A DNA stretch of 10,736 nucleotides from Chthoniobacteraceae bacterium (GTDB lineage: Bacteria; Verrucomicrobiota; Verrucomicrobiia; Chthoniobacterales; Chthoniobacteraceae). The notes under the pieces are model-generated. The model was given only the letters and a program-made list of their open reading frames with translations, was not told the DNA's origin and ran no database searches. Of the stretch, positions 1 to 7,117 are shown in pieces. Each line of letters opens with the position of its first letter. The stretch's first letter is position 1. The position numbers were made by a program, and so were the translations under genes. Where the stretch lies: the NCBI GenBank assembly GCA_031409655.1, contig JANNXQ010000040.1:1-10736 (forward strand), read 5' to 3'.

Positions 1-47
1 CGCCCTCGCCCCGATTATCTTACTCGGGGCGAGGGCGCCCCTGCTCC
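1..47. repeat. REP-like palindrome, probably truncated by the window edge
   Basis: Perfect 14-bp inverted repeat CGCCCTCGCCCCGA (1-14) / TCGGGGCGAGGGCG (24-37) with a 9-nt loop, followed by CCCCTGCTCC. The stem may extend left of base 1. Confidence 0.7.
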
Positions 48-92
48 TTGGTCTCGTGCGCCGATCGTCGCAACTGAACCGTCACCTCCATC

Positions 93-1517
93 ATGCATCC
101 ATCTCTTTTCACCCGCCGCGCGATGCTCCGCCAGTGTTCCCTCGGCTTTGGCGGCCTGGCGCTCTCCGGCTTGCTCAATGACCAAGCTTTCGGCGCGCTC
201 GCCGCAAATGGAAAACCACCCGGCCCGCACTTCGCGCCGAAGGCGAAGCGGGTGATCTTTTGTTACATGTCGGGCGGGGTGTCGCATGTGGATTCCTTTG
301 ATCCGAAGCCTGAACTCGCGAAGCGCCACGGCCAACCCATGCCCGTGCCAGTGCGGCCGACGATGTTTAATAACAACGGCAACATCATGGCCTCGCCGTG
401 GGAGTTCAAAAATCGCGGGCAGAGCGGGCTGCCGATCAGCGATCTTTTTCCCCACATCGCGCAGCACGCCGACAGCCTCTGCGTGATCCGCTCGATGACG
501 AGCAAGGTGAACGAACACGCGCAGGGGAATTACTTTGCGCACACCGGCTTTCCCTTCATGGGCCACCCGAGCGCGGGCGCGTGGGTGAGCTACGGGCTCG
601 GGACTGAGAATCAGGATTTGCCCGGCTTCATCGTCCTCCAGAGCGGCAATGCCAGCGCGCCGCACGGAGGAGTGGGCGTGTATAGCAATGGGTATCTGCC
701 GGGGCAGCATCAGGCGTCCTTCCTGCGCGCGGATGCGGCGGAGGCGCTGGCGAATATCCAGCCGCACGAAAGCGACGCGCTCCAGCGGAAGCGGCTGAGC
801 TTTGTGCGCGGACTCGACGAGAGTTTTCTGCGCGAAGCCGCGGAGTCGCAGGTCGAGGCCGCGATCCGCAACTACGAAACCGCCTATCGCATGCAGACCG
901 CCGTGCCGGAGATCTGCGACATCGCGGGCGAGACCGAGGCGACTAAGACCCTCTATGGGCTCGATTCAAAGAATACCCAGACCGCCGCCTATGGCCGCCA
1001 GGCGCTGGTTGCGCGGCGGCTCGTCGAACGCGGCGTGCGTTTCGTCGAGCTGAGCTGCATGCCGCAGAAGATCGGCGGCGGGCAGGCGGCGAACCCGTGG
1101 GATCAGCACGGCAACATCAAGGAAGGCCACAGCGACATGGCACAGCAGGTCGATCAACCGATCGCCGCCCTCCTCACCGATCTCAAGGCCCGCGGGCTCT
1201 TCGACGACACCCTCATCCTTTTCACCGGCGAATTTGGCCGCACGCCCTTCTCGCAAGGCAGCGACGGACGCGATCACAATCCGACCGGTTTCAGCCTGTG
1301 GCTCGCTGGCGGCGGCGTACGCGGCGGCACCATCGTCGGCGCCACGGATGAACTCGGTTACTATGCCGTCGAGGAAGTCGCCACCTTCTACGATCTCTAC
1401 GCCACGATCCTCCACTTACTCGGGGTGGATCACGAAAAGCTCACCTATCGTTTCGGCGGCCGTGACTTCCGGCTTACCGATGTGCATGGGCAGGTCATCA
1501 AAGGCGTGCTCGCGTGA
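93..1517 (+). CDS. DUF1501 domain-containing protein (sulfatase/alkaline-phosphatase-like superfamily)
   Basis: 474-aa ORF. It has a twin-arginine-like N-terminus (TRRAMLR) and family-typical motifs [66 protein letters not shown] and [30 protein letters not shown]. Confidence 0.92.
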   Translation: MHPSLFTRRAMLRQCSLGFGGLALSGLLNDQAFGALAANGKPPGPHFAPKAKRVIFCYMSGGVSHVDSFDPKPELAKRHGQPMPVPVRPTMFNNNGNIMASPWEFKNRGQSGLPISDLFPHIAQHADSLCVIRSMTSKVNEHAQGNYFAHTGFPFMGHPSAGAWVSYGLGTENQDLPGFIVLQSGNASAPHGGVGVYSNGYLPGQHQASFLRADAAEALANIQPHESDALQRKRLSFVRGLDESFLREAAESQVEAAIRNYETAYRMQTAVPEICDIAGETEATKTLYGLDSKNTQTAAYGRQALVARRLVERGVRFVELSCMPQKIGGGQAANPWDQHGNIKEGHSDMAQQVDQPIAALLTDLKARGLFDDTLILFTGEFGRTPFSQGSDGRDHNPTGFSLWLAGGGVRGGTIVGATDELGYYAVEEVATFYDLYATILHLLGVDHEKLTYRFGGRDFRLTDVHGQVIKGVLA

Positions 1518-1530
1518 GGCCCCGGGTATT

Positions 1531-1650
1531 GATTCACCACAGAGACACCGAGAGCACCGAGGGGCGGAAGGGTGGATGGGGCGGTTGATAAAGCGGGCGC
1601 CTTCGGCTCTGGCTTCTTCTCCGTGTCCTCGGTGTCTCTGTGGTTAAATC
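1531..1650. repeat. Long inverted-repeat element between convergent genes
   Basis: Perfect 17-bp arms ACCACAGAGACACCGAG (1536-1552) / CTCGGTGTCTCTGTGGT (1628-1644), extending imperfectly to ~30 bp. The arms contain CACnGAG sub-repeats at 8-9 nt spacing. The right arm abuts the vsr stop codon. Confidence 0.85.
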
Positions 1651-2072
1651 CCAATCCACCCCAGAGCCCGCGCCACCCTCGCCGCCACCCGCGGCCAGTG
1701 CTTCGCCGCGAGATCGCACTCCCACACCCGCAGCACCGTCCAACCCTGCTGGCGCAAGGTGCGCGTCACCAGCCGGTCGCGAGCTTGGTTGCGGAAAAGT
1801 TTCGCCGCCCACCACTCCGCACGGTTCTTGGGCAGCGGCGCGTGCTTCGGCTTTGGGCAGCCGTGCCAGAAACACCCATCCACGAACACCGCCACCCGCC
1901 CACGGCGAAAGACAAAATCCGGCTTCCCGAAAAGCGCCACGTTGCGCCGCCATCCCGTAAAGCCATGCGCGCGAAAGAGCGTCATCATCCTCAGCTCCGT
2001 ATCCTTGTTCCCCTTCCCGCGGATCGCCGACATCACCGCGCTGCGTTTGGCCGGGGTGAAAACGTCGGGCAT
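1644..2072 (-). CDS. vsr: Very short patch repair (T:G mismatch) endonuclease
   Basis: MPDVFTPAKRSAVMSAIRGKGNKDTE N-terminus, GKPDFVF, VFVDGCFWHGCP, WWAAKLFRNQARD and GWTVLRVWEC are all Vsr hallmarks. ATG at 2072 is preferred over TTG at 2087. Confidence 0.96.
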   Translation of the reverse strand: MPDVFTPAKRSAVMSAIRGKGNKDTELRMMTLFRAHGFTGWRRNVALFGKPDFVFRRGRVAVFVDGCFWHGCPKPKHAPLPKNRAEWWAAKLFRNQARDRLVTRTLRQQGWTVLRVWECDLAAKHWPRVAARVARALGWIGI

Positions 2073-2083
2073 CGCCAGTTCGC

Positions 2084-2572
2084 TCAAGCTTCGCCGGCGA
2101 GTCGGAGGACTTCGACCTCGAAATCCGGATGCAACCAGAATCCCGCCTCCGCCCGCAGTCGCACAAACACCGGGCGCACCGCCGGAATCAGCCCGCTTTG
2201 GCGAGCACGAAGGAGGATGCCGGCGACCCCGACGAATGGAACCTTGAGAAGGCCCGCTGCCCGCCGTCCGGCGGCCTCGTCAATGAGCACGGCATCGGCG
2301 TGCCACTCCAGCGCGAGCGCCAGGGCTTCGGATTCGCCGGCGTCCAGATCGGGACAGGCACGGACCTCCGATGGCACCTGCACGGGAGGCGAAATCTGCA
2401 CCCAGCCTGGGAGCATGAGGCCTTGAAAGCGCGGGCGGCTTTTCGTCAGGCGGGAAAATTCCGCAGCCACGGCGGGCGGAATCCACACCTCCTGAAAAAG
2501 CTCCGGAAGCAGCCCCTCGGCAGACACCCGGCAAAGATTCAGCAATACGGAAGTGTCCGAGACGACGAGCAC
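2084..2572 (-). CDS. DUF3368-family PIN-domain protein (putative toxin)
   Basis: GTG start at 2572, 1 nt after the upstream TGA. Motifs: (M)LVVSDTSVLLNL, VWIPPAVAAE, LDAGESEALALA, VLIDEAAGRRAA, GVAGILLRA and a C-terminal LRLAGE. Confidence 0.88.
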   Translation of the reverse strand: MLVVSDTSVLLNLCRVSAEGLLPELFQEVWIPPAVAAEFSRLTKSRPRFQGLMLPGWVQISPPVQVPSEVRACPDLDAGESEALALALEWHADAVLIDEAAGRRAAGLLKVPFVGVAGILLRARQSGLIPAVRPVFVRLRAEAGFWLHPDFEVEVLRLAGEA

Positions 2573-2573
2573 G

Positions 2574-2837
2574 TCAGTCTTCGCGCGGGGCGGTTCCACT
2601 CTTCCCGAAAAGCCGGTCCATCGCCTCCAACTCTCCGTGGAGATCCTCCACCGTGTAGGTGCTGATGCCGCGCTCACCCAGCGCCTTCTGGAAGCTGAAA
2701 AAATCCACGCCAGCCAATTCCGCCCCGCTCACCTTCGTCACCTTGCTCTGCGCATACAGCGCGCACGCCAGTTCCAGCCGCAGTTCGGCCTCCGTCATCC
2801 GCGCGGTGGCGGGAACGTCTGGCAGGGTGAGATTCAT
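2574..2837 (-). CDS. UPF0175-family protein (putative antitoxin)
   Basis: 87 aa with ELRLELACALYAQSKVTKVSGAELAGVDFFSFQKALGERGI and YTVEDLHGEL. It lies directly upstream of the DUF3368 PIN gene, the usual pairing. Confidence 0.88.
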   Translation of the reverse strand: MNLTLPDVPATARMTEAELRLELACALYAQSKVTKVSGAELAGVDFFSFQKALGERGISTYTVEDLHGELEAMDRLFGKSGTAPRED

Positions 2838-2843
2838 GGGCGC

Positions 2844-2872
2844 AGCCTAGCAGCGGGGCGAAGGATGGGCAA
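2844..2872 (-). promoter_or_regulatory. Putative sigma70-type promoter for a leaderless UPF0175 transcript
   Basis: The minus strand reads TTGCCC-N17-TAGGCT-N6-ATG, with no Shine-Dalgarno sequence before the ATG. Confidence 0.55.
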
Positions 2873-2925
2873 CGCCGGTAACCGCTGCCGTACGGCCAAC
2901 CGCATTTCGAGGTCCGACTCCTCCT

Positions 2926-3088
2926 CCTCGTTACCAAGTTGGAACTTGGTCACGCACCCTGCCGGGGAAATTCCATTTCGTGGCGGGCTCCGGAATCGAA
3001 TCGAGCGATGCGAACCGTCCCGCCGCACCCGTGAAGCACAGCGTCCCCTCAGAGCTTCCGCAATCAAGTCCTCAACTTGGTCACGAGG
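2926..3088. repeat. REP/REPIN-like composite element with palindromic inverted ends
   Basis: The left end CCTCGTTACCAAGTTGGAACTTGGTCACG is itself a palindrome (ACCAAGTT-GG-AACTTGGT). The right end reverse-complemented reads CCTCGTGACCAAGTTGAGGACTTGATTG. There is an internal mini-hairpin GAAAT-TCC-ATTTC (2967-2979). Confidence 0.75.
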
Positions 3089-3089
3089 C

Positions 3090-3602
3090 TCAAGACAGCG
3101 TCTGGATGCGGGGCAGCGTCTGGGTGATCAGCCAGGCGAGGTCCTCGCCCGCTCGCAGGGCGGGAAACGCGGTGAACTCCTTCACCGCAAAGCCGCGCTC
3201 GAAGATGATGAAGGCGCCCTGTCCGCCTCCCGCAGGATCCAGGCGGAACTCCGGCCTCTTCGCTTCCGCCGTGCGAAGAATCTCAATCGTAGGTCGATAG
3301 TATCGAACGCTGCCGCACACTTTTTTGTTCGGATACTGAAAAAACGCGACGGTTCCCTGGACCAAGCCGGTCGTGGATCGGATGCCGACGGTGATCTCGA
3401 AAAAGCACGATGTGCTGCTCCAAAAAGTCGGCGGCGATTTACGGCGCGGCAGAAGGCGAAGGCGGGCGACATTCTTGATCGTCGGATGCGGCTGGGGATC
3501 GCCTTTGGCGGGTGAAAGCGCATCGCGCAACTCTGGCGGGAGCTTTTCCAAACACGTTTGCCACGCGGCCTGCGCCAATTCGTTTCGTGCTTCGTTAGTC
3601 AT
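3090..3602 (-). CDS. Hypothetical protein (170 aa)
   Basis: ATG at 3602 overlaps the upstream stop (ATGA) and has AAGGAG 7 nt upstream. No family recognised. Confidence 0.7.
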   Translation of the reverse strand: MTNEARNELAQAAWQTCLEKLPPELRDALSPAKGDPQPHPTIKNVARLRLLPRRKSPPTFWSSTSCFFEITVGIRSTTGLVQGTVAFFQYPNKKVCGSVRYYRPTIEILRTAEAKRPEFRLDPAGGGQGAFIIFERGFAVKEFTAFPALRAGEDLAWLITQTLPRIQTLS

Positions 3603-4336
3603 GGGGAAACTCCTTTCATCGTCAGGGGCTGAAACCGCTGAAACTCCTTCGGCAGCTTGGCCAGCAGTTCGCCCGGTTCCAGCGCGTAGAGATCCCACGT
3701 CACGTCGATCTGGTTGCAGAAATCCGCGAGTCGCCTTGCAGTGCCTCGGGATTTTCCGCCGCCACCGCGTTTCGGCTGCTGCGTTTGCGGATCAACGTAG
3801 AGCGAGGTCGCGGCGGCGAGGAAGGCGCGGTTCGTGACCAGTTCTTGCCGCGAGGCGAGTTGTTCGACGAGATCGCCTGGCGTGTGCAGGGGCTGGCAGA
3901 GCACGACCATTGCGCGGGCGGGCTCGTCGCGATGGGTGCGATAGATGCGCCAAGGGCCGGCGAGCAGGTGGCGGTAGTAGCGCTGGAAGTTGCCCACGTC
4001 CGGGATGTGCCGTGCGCGTTCACCAGGCTTGCGGTGGCCGCGGCCGTCGGGCGGGCACACTTCGTCAAAGTGCAGCAGCGAAAGCCAGGCCCACAGGCCA
4101 GCGTCGCGGGCCACATCGGCGAGGCGCGCGGCTTCCAGCGTGTCGTAGAGCCATTGCCCGGCGGCGAAGCGGCTGCCGAAGGTCTGCCGCGCGATCTCTA
4201 CGGGCGCGGCCTGCTCGGAAGTCGCGTCTGCCGTGAGCAGTGTCACGGGTGGCGGGAGCGCAGGCTCGTCCTTTAGCGCTTCGAGATATTCGGTGAAGAG
4301 GCGCAGACCCTCCGCGTTCAGGCGGCGCAGATTCAT
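3599..4336 (-). CDS. Hypothetical protein (245 aa), candidate defence-system component
   Basis: ATG at 4336 with a strong SD (GAGGAGGTG) and an ATGA overlap with the upstream gene. Motif-like segments: DAGLWAWLSL, RYYRHLLAGPWRIY, EQLASRQE, PKRGGGGKSRGTARRL, QIDVTWDLY and LPKEFQRF. Confidence 0.85.
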   Translation of the reverse strand: MNLRRLNAEGLRLFTEYLEALKDEPALPPPVTLLTADATSEQAAPVEIARQTFGSRFAAGQWLYDTLEAARLADVARDAGLWAWLSLLHFDEVCPPDGRGHRKPGERARHIPDVGNFQRYYRHLLAGPWRIYRTHRDEPARAMVVLCQPLHTPGDLVEQLASRQELVTNRAFLAAATSLYVDPQTQQPKRGGGGKSRGTARRLADFCNQIDVTWDLYALEPGELLAKLPKEFQRFQPLTMKGVSP

Positions 4337-5109
4337 CGGCTCACCTCCTCGCTCCAGAAGCTCCGAAACTTCTCCAGCAGCCCATGCTTGCGGGCAAAGG
4401 CCGCGACGGCGCCCGCGATCCATTCGTCGTCCGCGTCCTCGCCTTCGGTTTCGAGCGGCGGTTCGCCCACGCCGAGCACCTCCACGGCGAAGCGCAGCCA
4501 GCGCGAAAGCGGGTGCTCGGCATCGTCGAAATCGCGATGCTTCTCGCGATGCAAAATCCGCTCCAGCACCTCGCGCAACGCCGCCGGATAGACCACCGCC
4601 ACAAAGCCCGGCTCCAGGCCGATCTGCTTGTAGTCGCCCGCGTTGGCATTGATCAGCAACCGCGGATGATCCTCGAAGTCGATCCTCCAAAGCAGGTCGC
4701 CAAGATCGTGTGAAGGCACCACCGGCAGCAGCGGCGTGCGCGGATCGTTGAGATCCTCCGGCGCGCGCAGCCGCACGCGATCGGCCTCGGCGAGGAGCAG
4801 CCCGTGCGGCTCCTCCGGCGTGCCGGGCGAAGTCACCCGCACGCGGAAGAGCACATCGTCCGGCGAATCAAACTCGGCCAGCGCGCGGTTGACCGGCGGT
4901 TGCAGCGCGCTCACCGTGCCCCACGGCCAGCGCATCCACGTCGTCTGCCGATAGGCTTCCACGAAGACGAGCGACTCGCCGGGCAGTTCGTAGCCATCGA
5001 ACTCGAAGACCGCGTCGAAGCTCCAGCCGCGGCCTTCGGGCTTGAGGGAAAAGCGCACGTCCTGCTGCCGGAGCCGGACGCGATCCGTGTAGTTAAAGGT
5101 CCGCTGCAT
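4333..5109 (-). CDS. Hypothetical protein (258 aa), candidate defence-system component
   Basis: ATG at 5109 preceded by GGAGGA. It has a beta-rich-looking N-terminal half (RTFNYTDR, VFVEAY, VLFRVRV, LLPV, LWRIDF, PRLLIN) and a helical, acidic C-terminal half. Confidence 0.85.
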   Translation of the reverse strand: MQRTFNYTDRVRLRQQDVRFSLKPEGRGWSFDAVFEFDGYELPGESLVFVEAYRQTTWMRWPWGTVSALQPPVNRALAEFDSPDDVLFRVRVTSPGTPEEPHGLLLAEADRVRLRAPEDLNDPRTPLLPVVPSHDLGDLLWRIDFEDHPRLLINANAGDYKQIGLEPGFVAVVYPAALREVLERILHREKHRDFDDAEHPLSRWLRFAVEVLGVGEPPLETEGEDADDEWIAGAVAAFARKHGLLEKFRSFWSEEVSR

Positions 5110-5398
5110 CTTCCTCCTCCTTGTCTTTGACCTGAATCTCCACGCGTAGATCGCGCTGCACGTCGAAGCCGATTACCGTCAGGAGGAAATCGCGTTCCAA
5201 TACTTTTGCGAACAGTCGGTTCTTGCCGCCTTCCGTCACTTCGACGCAACGCCCCATAATTGTGAACCGGTCGTCTGCCAGGTCGAAGTCAGCAGGGTGA
5301 TACTTCTTGAACGCGTTGCCTCGGCGCACTTCGTAAGCGGCGCGGATGTCGAGCAACTGCGGCAAATCGGCGTCGGGATCGCCGGCATAGACGCGCAA
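5093..5398 (-). CDS. Hypothetical protein, possibly the C-terminal remnant of a larger gene
   Basis: Protein-like sequence (AYEVRRGNAFKKYHPADFDL...GFDVQRDLRV). Its 3' end overlaps the next gene by 17 nt and carries that gene's SD. Only a TTG start without SD is available at the 5' end, and the frame stays open up to 5482. Confidence 0.6.
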   Translation of the reverse strand: MRVYAGDPDADLPQLLDIRAAYEVRRGNAFKKYHPADFDLADDRFTIMGRCVEVTEGGKNRLFAKVLERDFLLTVIGFDVQRDLRVEIQVKDKEEEDAADL

Positions 5399-5440
5399 GC
5401 CGGCCTTGTCATGCTGGAGTCGCCAGGGCTCAATGTCGCC

Positions 5441-5668
5441 ATGTCGAATGTCGAAGACTCTCTCGGTGCGCTTGGAACTGCGTTACGCAACGCGCGTGAA
5501 GAACAGGGATGGACGGTCGAACAGCTCGCGGAGAAGTGTGGGTTGTCGGCGCTGGCGATTGCGGGATTTGAGAGCGGTCGCGCGGAAGCAACGTTGCTCG
5601 ATGTGCTCGCCCTGGCGAAGGCACTCGGCACCACGCCACAGCAGCTATTCGCAGACGCTCGTCTTTAA
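5441..5668 (+). CDS. XRE-family helix-turn-helix regulator (75 aa)
   Basis: LGTALRNAREEQGWTVEQLAEKCGLSALAIAGFESGRAEATLLDVLALAKALGTTPQQLF fits the HTH_3 pattern. ATG at 5441. Confidence 0.85.
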   Translation: MSNVEDSLGALGTALRNAREEQGWTVEQLAEKCGLSALAIAGFESGRAEATLLDVLALAKALGTTPQQLFADARL

Positions 5669-5693
5669 CCCGCGCCGCGGGCATCAAGGAATT

Positions 5694-5873
5694 CCGGAGG
5701 GATTTTGGAAATTAGCCGGGCGTAACACCCTCGGACCCGCATCGACAAAAGCGCCGCACCCCGGCAGTGGTGCCGGAATTGTCGCTGACGTTTCCCGCGC
5801 CCCTCTGGGGCGCATTCAATTTTGGCGTAGGACCGGGGGTGTTACCCCCGGCAAATTTTCGTCAGCCCTCCGG
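5694..5873. repeat. 180-bp REP/REPIN- or MITE-like element with 44-bp imperfect terminal inverted repeats
   Basis: 5694-5737 matches the reverse complement of 5830-5873 at 35/44 positions by manual alignment. Internal hairpins: CCGGCA-GTGG-TGCCGG (5761-5776), GCGCCCC-TCT-GGGGCGC (5797-5813) and CCGGGGGT-GTT-ACCCCCGG (5833-5851). Confidence 0.8.
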
Positions 5874-5892
5874 GCTGGGTCTCAGCTCCGAG

Positions 5893-6669
5893 CTATGCGG
5901 CGGCTTGAAAACGATGCCGCCGATGCCAAGCGAGGAACTCCAACTCGGGAAGGAACCGCTCAGGCGGTCGCACGGATATGCCGTCGAAATCGAGGAGCCA
6001 TGTTTTGATTTCAGGCGACTCGGCTTGGCAGCGAAGCCTTGGCGATACCATGACGCTGAGCTTGTCGCTGAGAGTGATCAGGCCGCGATCAAAGGCCCGA
6101 TCGTGAAGCGCGTTCAGGCAAAGCCCGTTGGCCGGGTTGACGCGCGTTGCCTTGTTCTCGGCCCAAGGGATGACGTGACTGGCGACCAACAATTCCGGGA
6201 CTGCCAGACCAGTGATGCAACAGCGATAGGTGTAGGCGGCAAGCACCGCGGATCGGAAGAAGTGTTGATTCACGCGCTGCCGAACCATGCGCTCTCGCTC
6301 CAAGCCTTCTTTGGGAAGCTCACGCAACGGAATCTCAGCTTCCACTTCGACCGGCTTGCCGCGAAGCGCGGCCAACATCTCTTCGCTCTCAAACGCTTCA
6401 CCTTCCCAGTCGGAATGAAACTCCTCCCAAATCCGACGGTCTGCCTGGCTTGCTCCCGAAAGTCCCTTCACCCCGCGAGCCTGATGGATCGGATCAAGCG
6501 AAGCGAAGTTGCACAGCTTCATCGCGAGACTCGACGGCGAACGACCCATCCGCCCGGCGATCTCGATCAGCAGAGGGTTCCGAGCGTGAAACTGTCCGAA
6601 CGGCACCTTGCAATAGATGTTCATCGCCACCATCAGATCCTCCTGAGACCAGGGTTTGCCGTGTGCCAT
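5893..6669 (-). CDS. HNH endonuclease (HNH_2 / COG3440-like putative restriction endonuclease)
   Basis: RVNQHFFRSAVLAAY, CCITG, LVASHVIPW and NPANGLCLNALHDRAFDRG. The N-terminal helical domain reads KPWSQEDL...YCKVPFG...GRSPSSLAMKLCNFASLDP. Confidence 0.93.
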   Translation of the reverse strand: MAHGKPWSQEDLMVAMNIYCKVPFGQFHARNPLLIEIAGRMGRSPSSLAMKLCNFASLDPIHQARGVKGLSGASQADRRIWEEFHSDWEGEAFESEEMLAALRGKPVEVEAEIPLRELPKEGLERERMVRQRVNQHFFRSAVLAAYTYRCCITGLAVPELLVASHVIPWAENKATRVNPANGLCLNALHDRAFDRGLITLSDKLSVMVSPRLRCQAESPEIKTWLLDFDGISVRPPERFLPELEFLAWHRRHRFQAAA

Positions 6670-6672
6670 AAG

Positions 6673-7068
6673 TTAATCGGTTAGCTCGAAAACCGCTTTG
6701 CTGGGCACGGTGGTCTGGTGCTCGAATTTCACGACGCGAACGATACCCAAGTAAGTGAATAGGTCGCGATGTCGGTGGCGATGAAAGACGTAAATCCCGT
6801 CGCCTGATTTCGCGGCATTTGCGATGCGGGCGTCGCTCCCGTGTCCTTTTTCACCTTCCCAGATGAGTGTCTTCCCATGCAGACCATTTTCATACTGCGT
6901 GAAGTCTTCGGGTTTCTCCTCGGAGACGAACAAGATGATCTTGTTGTCTCCTGCGGGCGTCACAACCCCACGGGCGATGGCTTGATAGGCCGCATAGTTC
7001 CACAAGTCCGCCAGCTTTTGGCGCGTCCACTTTGAACCAACAGAAATCTCGGAGAACGATACTTTCAT
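6673..7068 (-). CDS. Stand-alone SRA/PUA-like putative DNA-binding domain protein (131 aa)
   Basis: AIARGVVTP, IILFVSEEK, QYENGL, LIWEGEKGHGSDARI, IYVFHR and FTYLG resemble N-terminal SRA-like domains of modification-dependent HNH nucleases. The start is uncertain because GGGAGG is only 2 nt before ATG 7068. Confidence 0.65.
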   Translation of the reverse strand: MKVSFSEISVGSKWTRQKLADLWNYAAYQAIARGVVTPAGDNKIILFVSEEKPEDFTQYENGLHGKTLIWEGEKGHGSDARIANAAKSGDGIYVFHRHRHRDLFTYLGIVRVVKFEHQTTVPSKAVFELTD

Positions 7069-7117
7069 TGCCTCCCTGGAAGACCAGGCTACGTCACTGA
7101 CCGCAAGACCAATCGAG

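Noticed and set aside
15..767. 250-aa minus-strand ORF, and 966-1415
   Set aside because: Antisense shadows of the well-supported DUF1501 gene. Long shadow ORFs are expected at high GC.
2926..3088. CRISPR mini-array (AACTTGGTCACG occurs twice)
   Set aside because: Only two copies, explained by palindromic inverted ends, and no cas genes are present.
2553..3515. 320-aa plus-strand ORF, and 1572-2426
   Set aside because: These run antisense across recognisable genes and a repeat element, with no protein motifs.
4337..4690. N-terminal 118-aa extension of the 363-aa ORF 3599-4690
   Set aside because: It overlaps the 258-aa gene in another frame and is low-complexity Arg/Gly-rich. The ATG at 4336 has a strong SD and an ATGA overlap.
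5767..6684. 305-aa plus-strand ORF, and 7328-8164
   Set aside because: Antisense to the HNH and dcm genes, with no recognisable domain.
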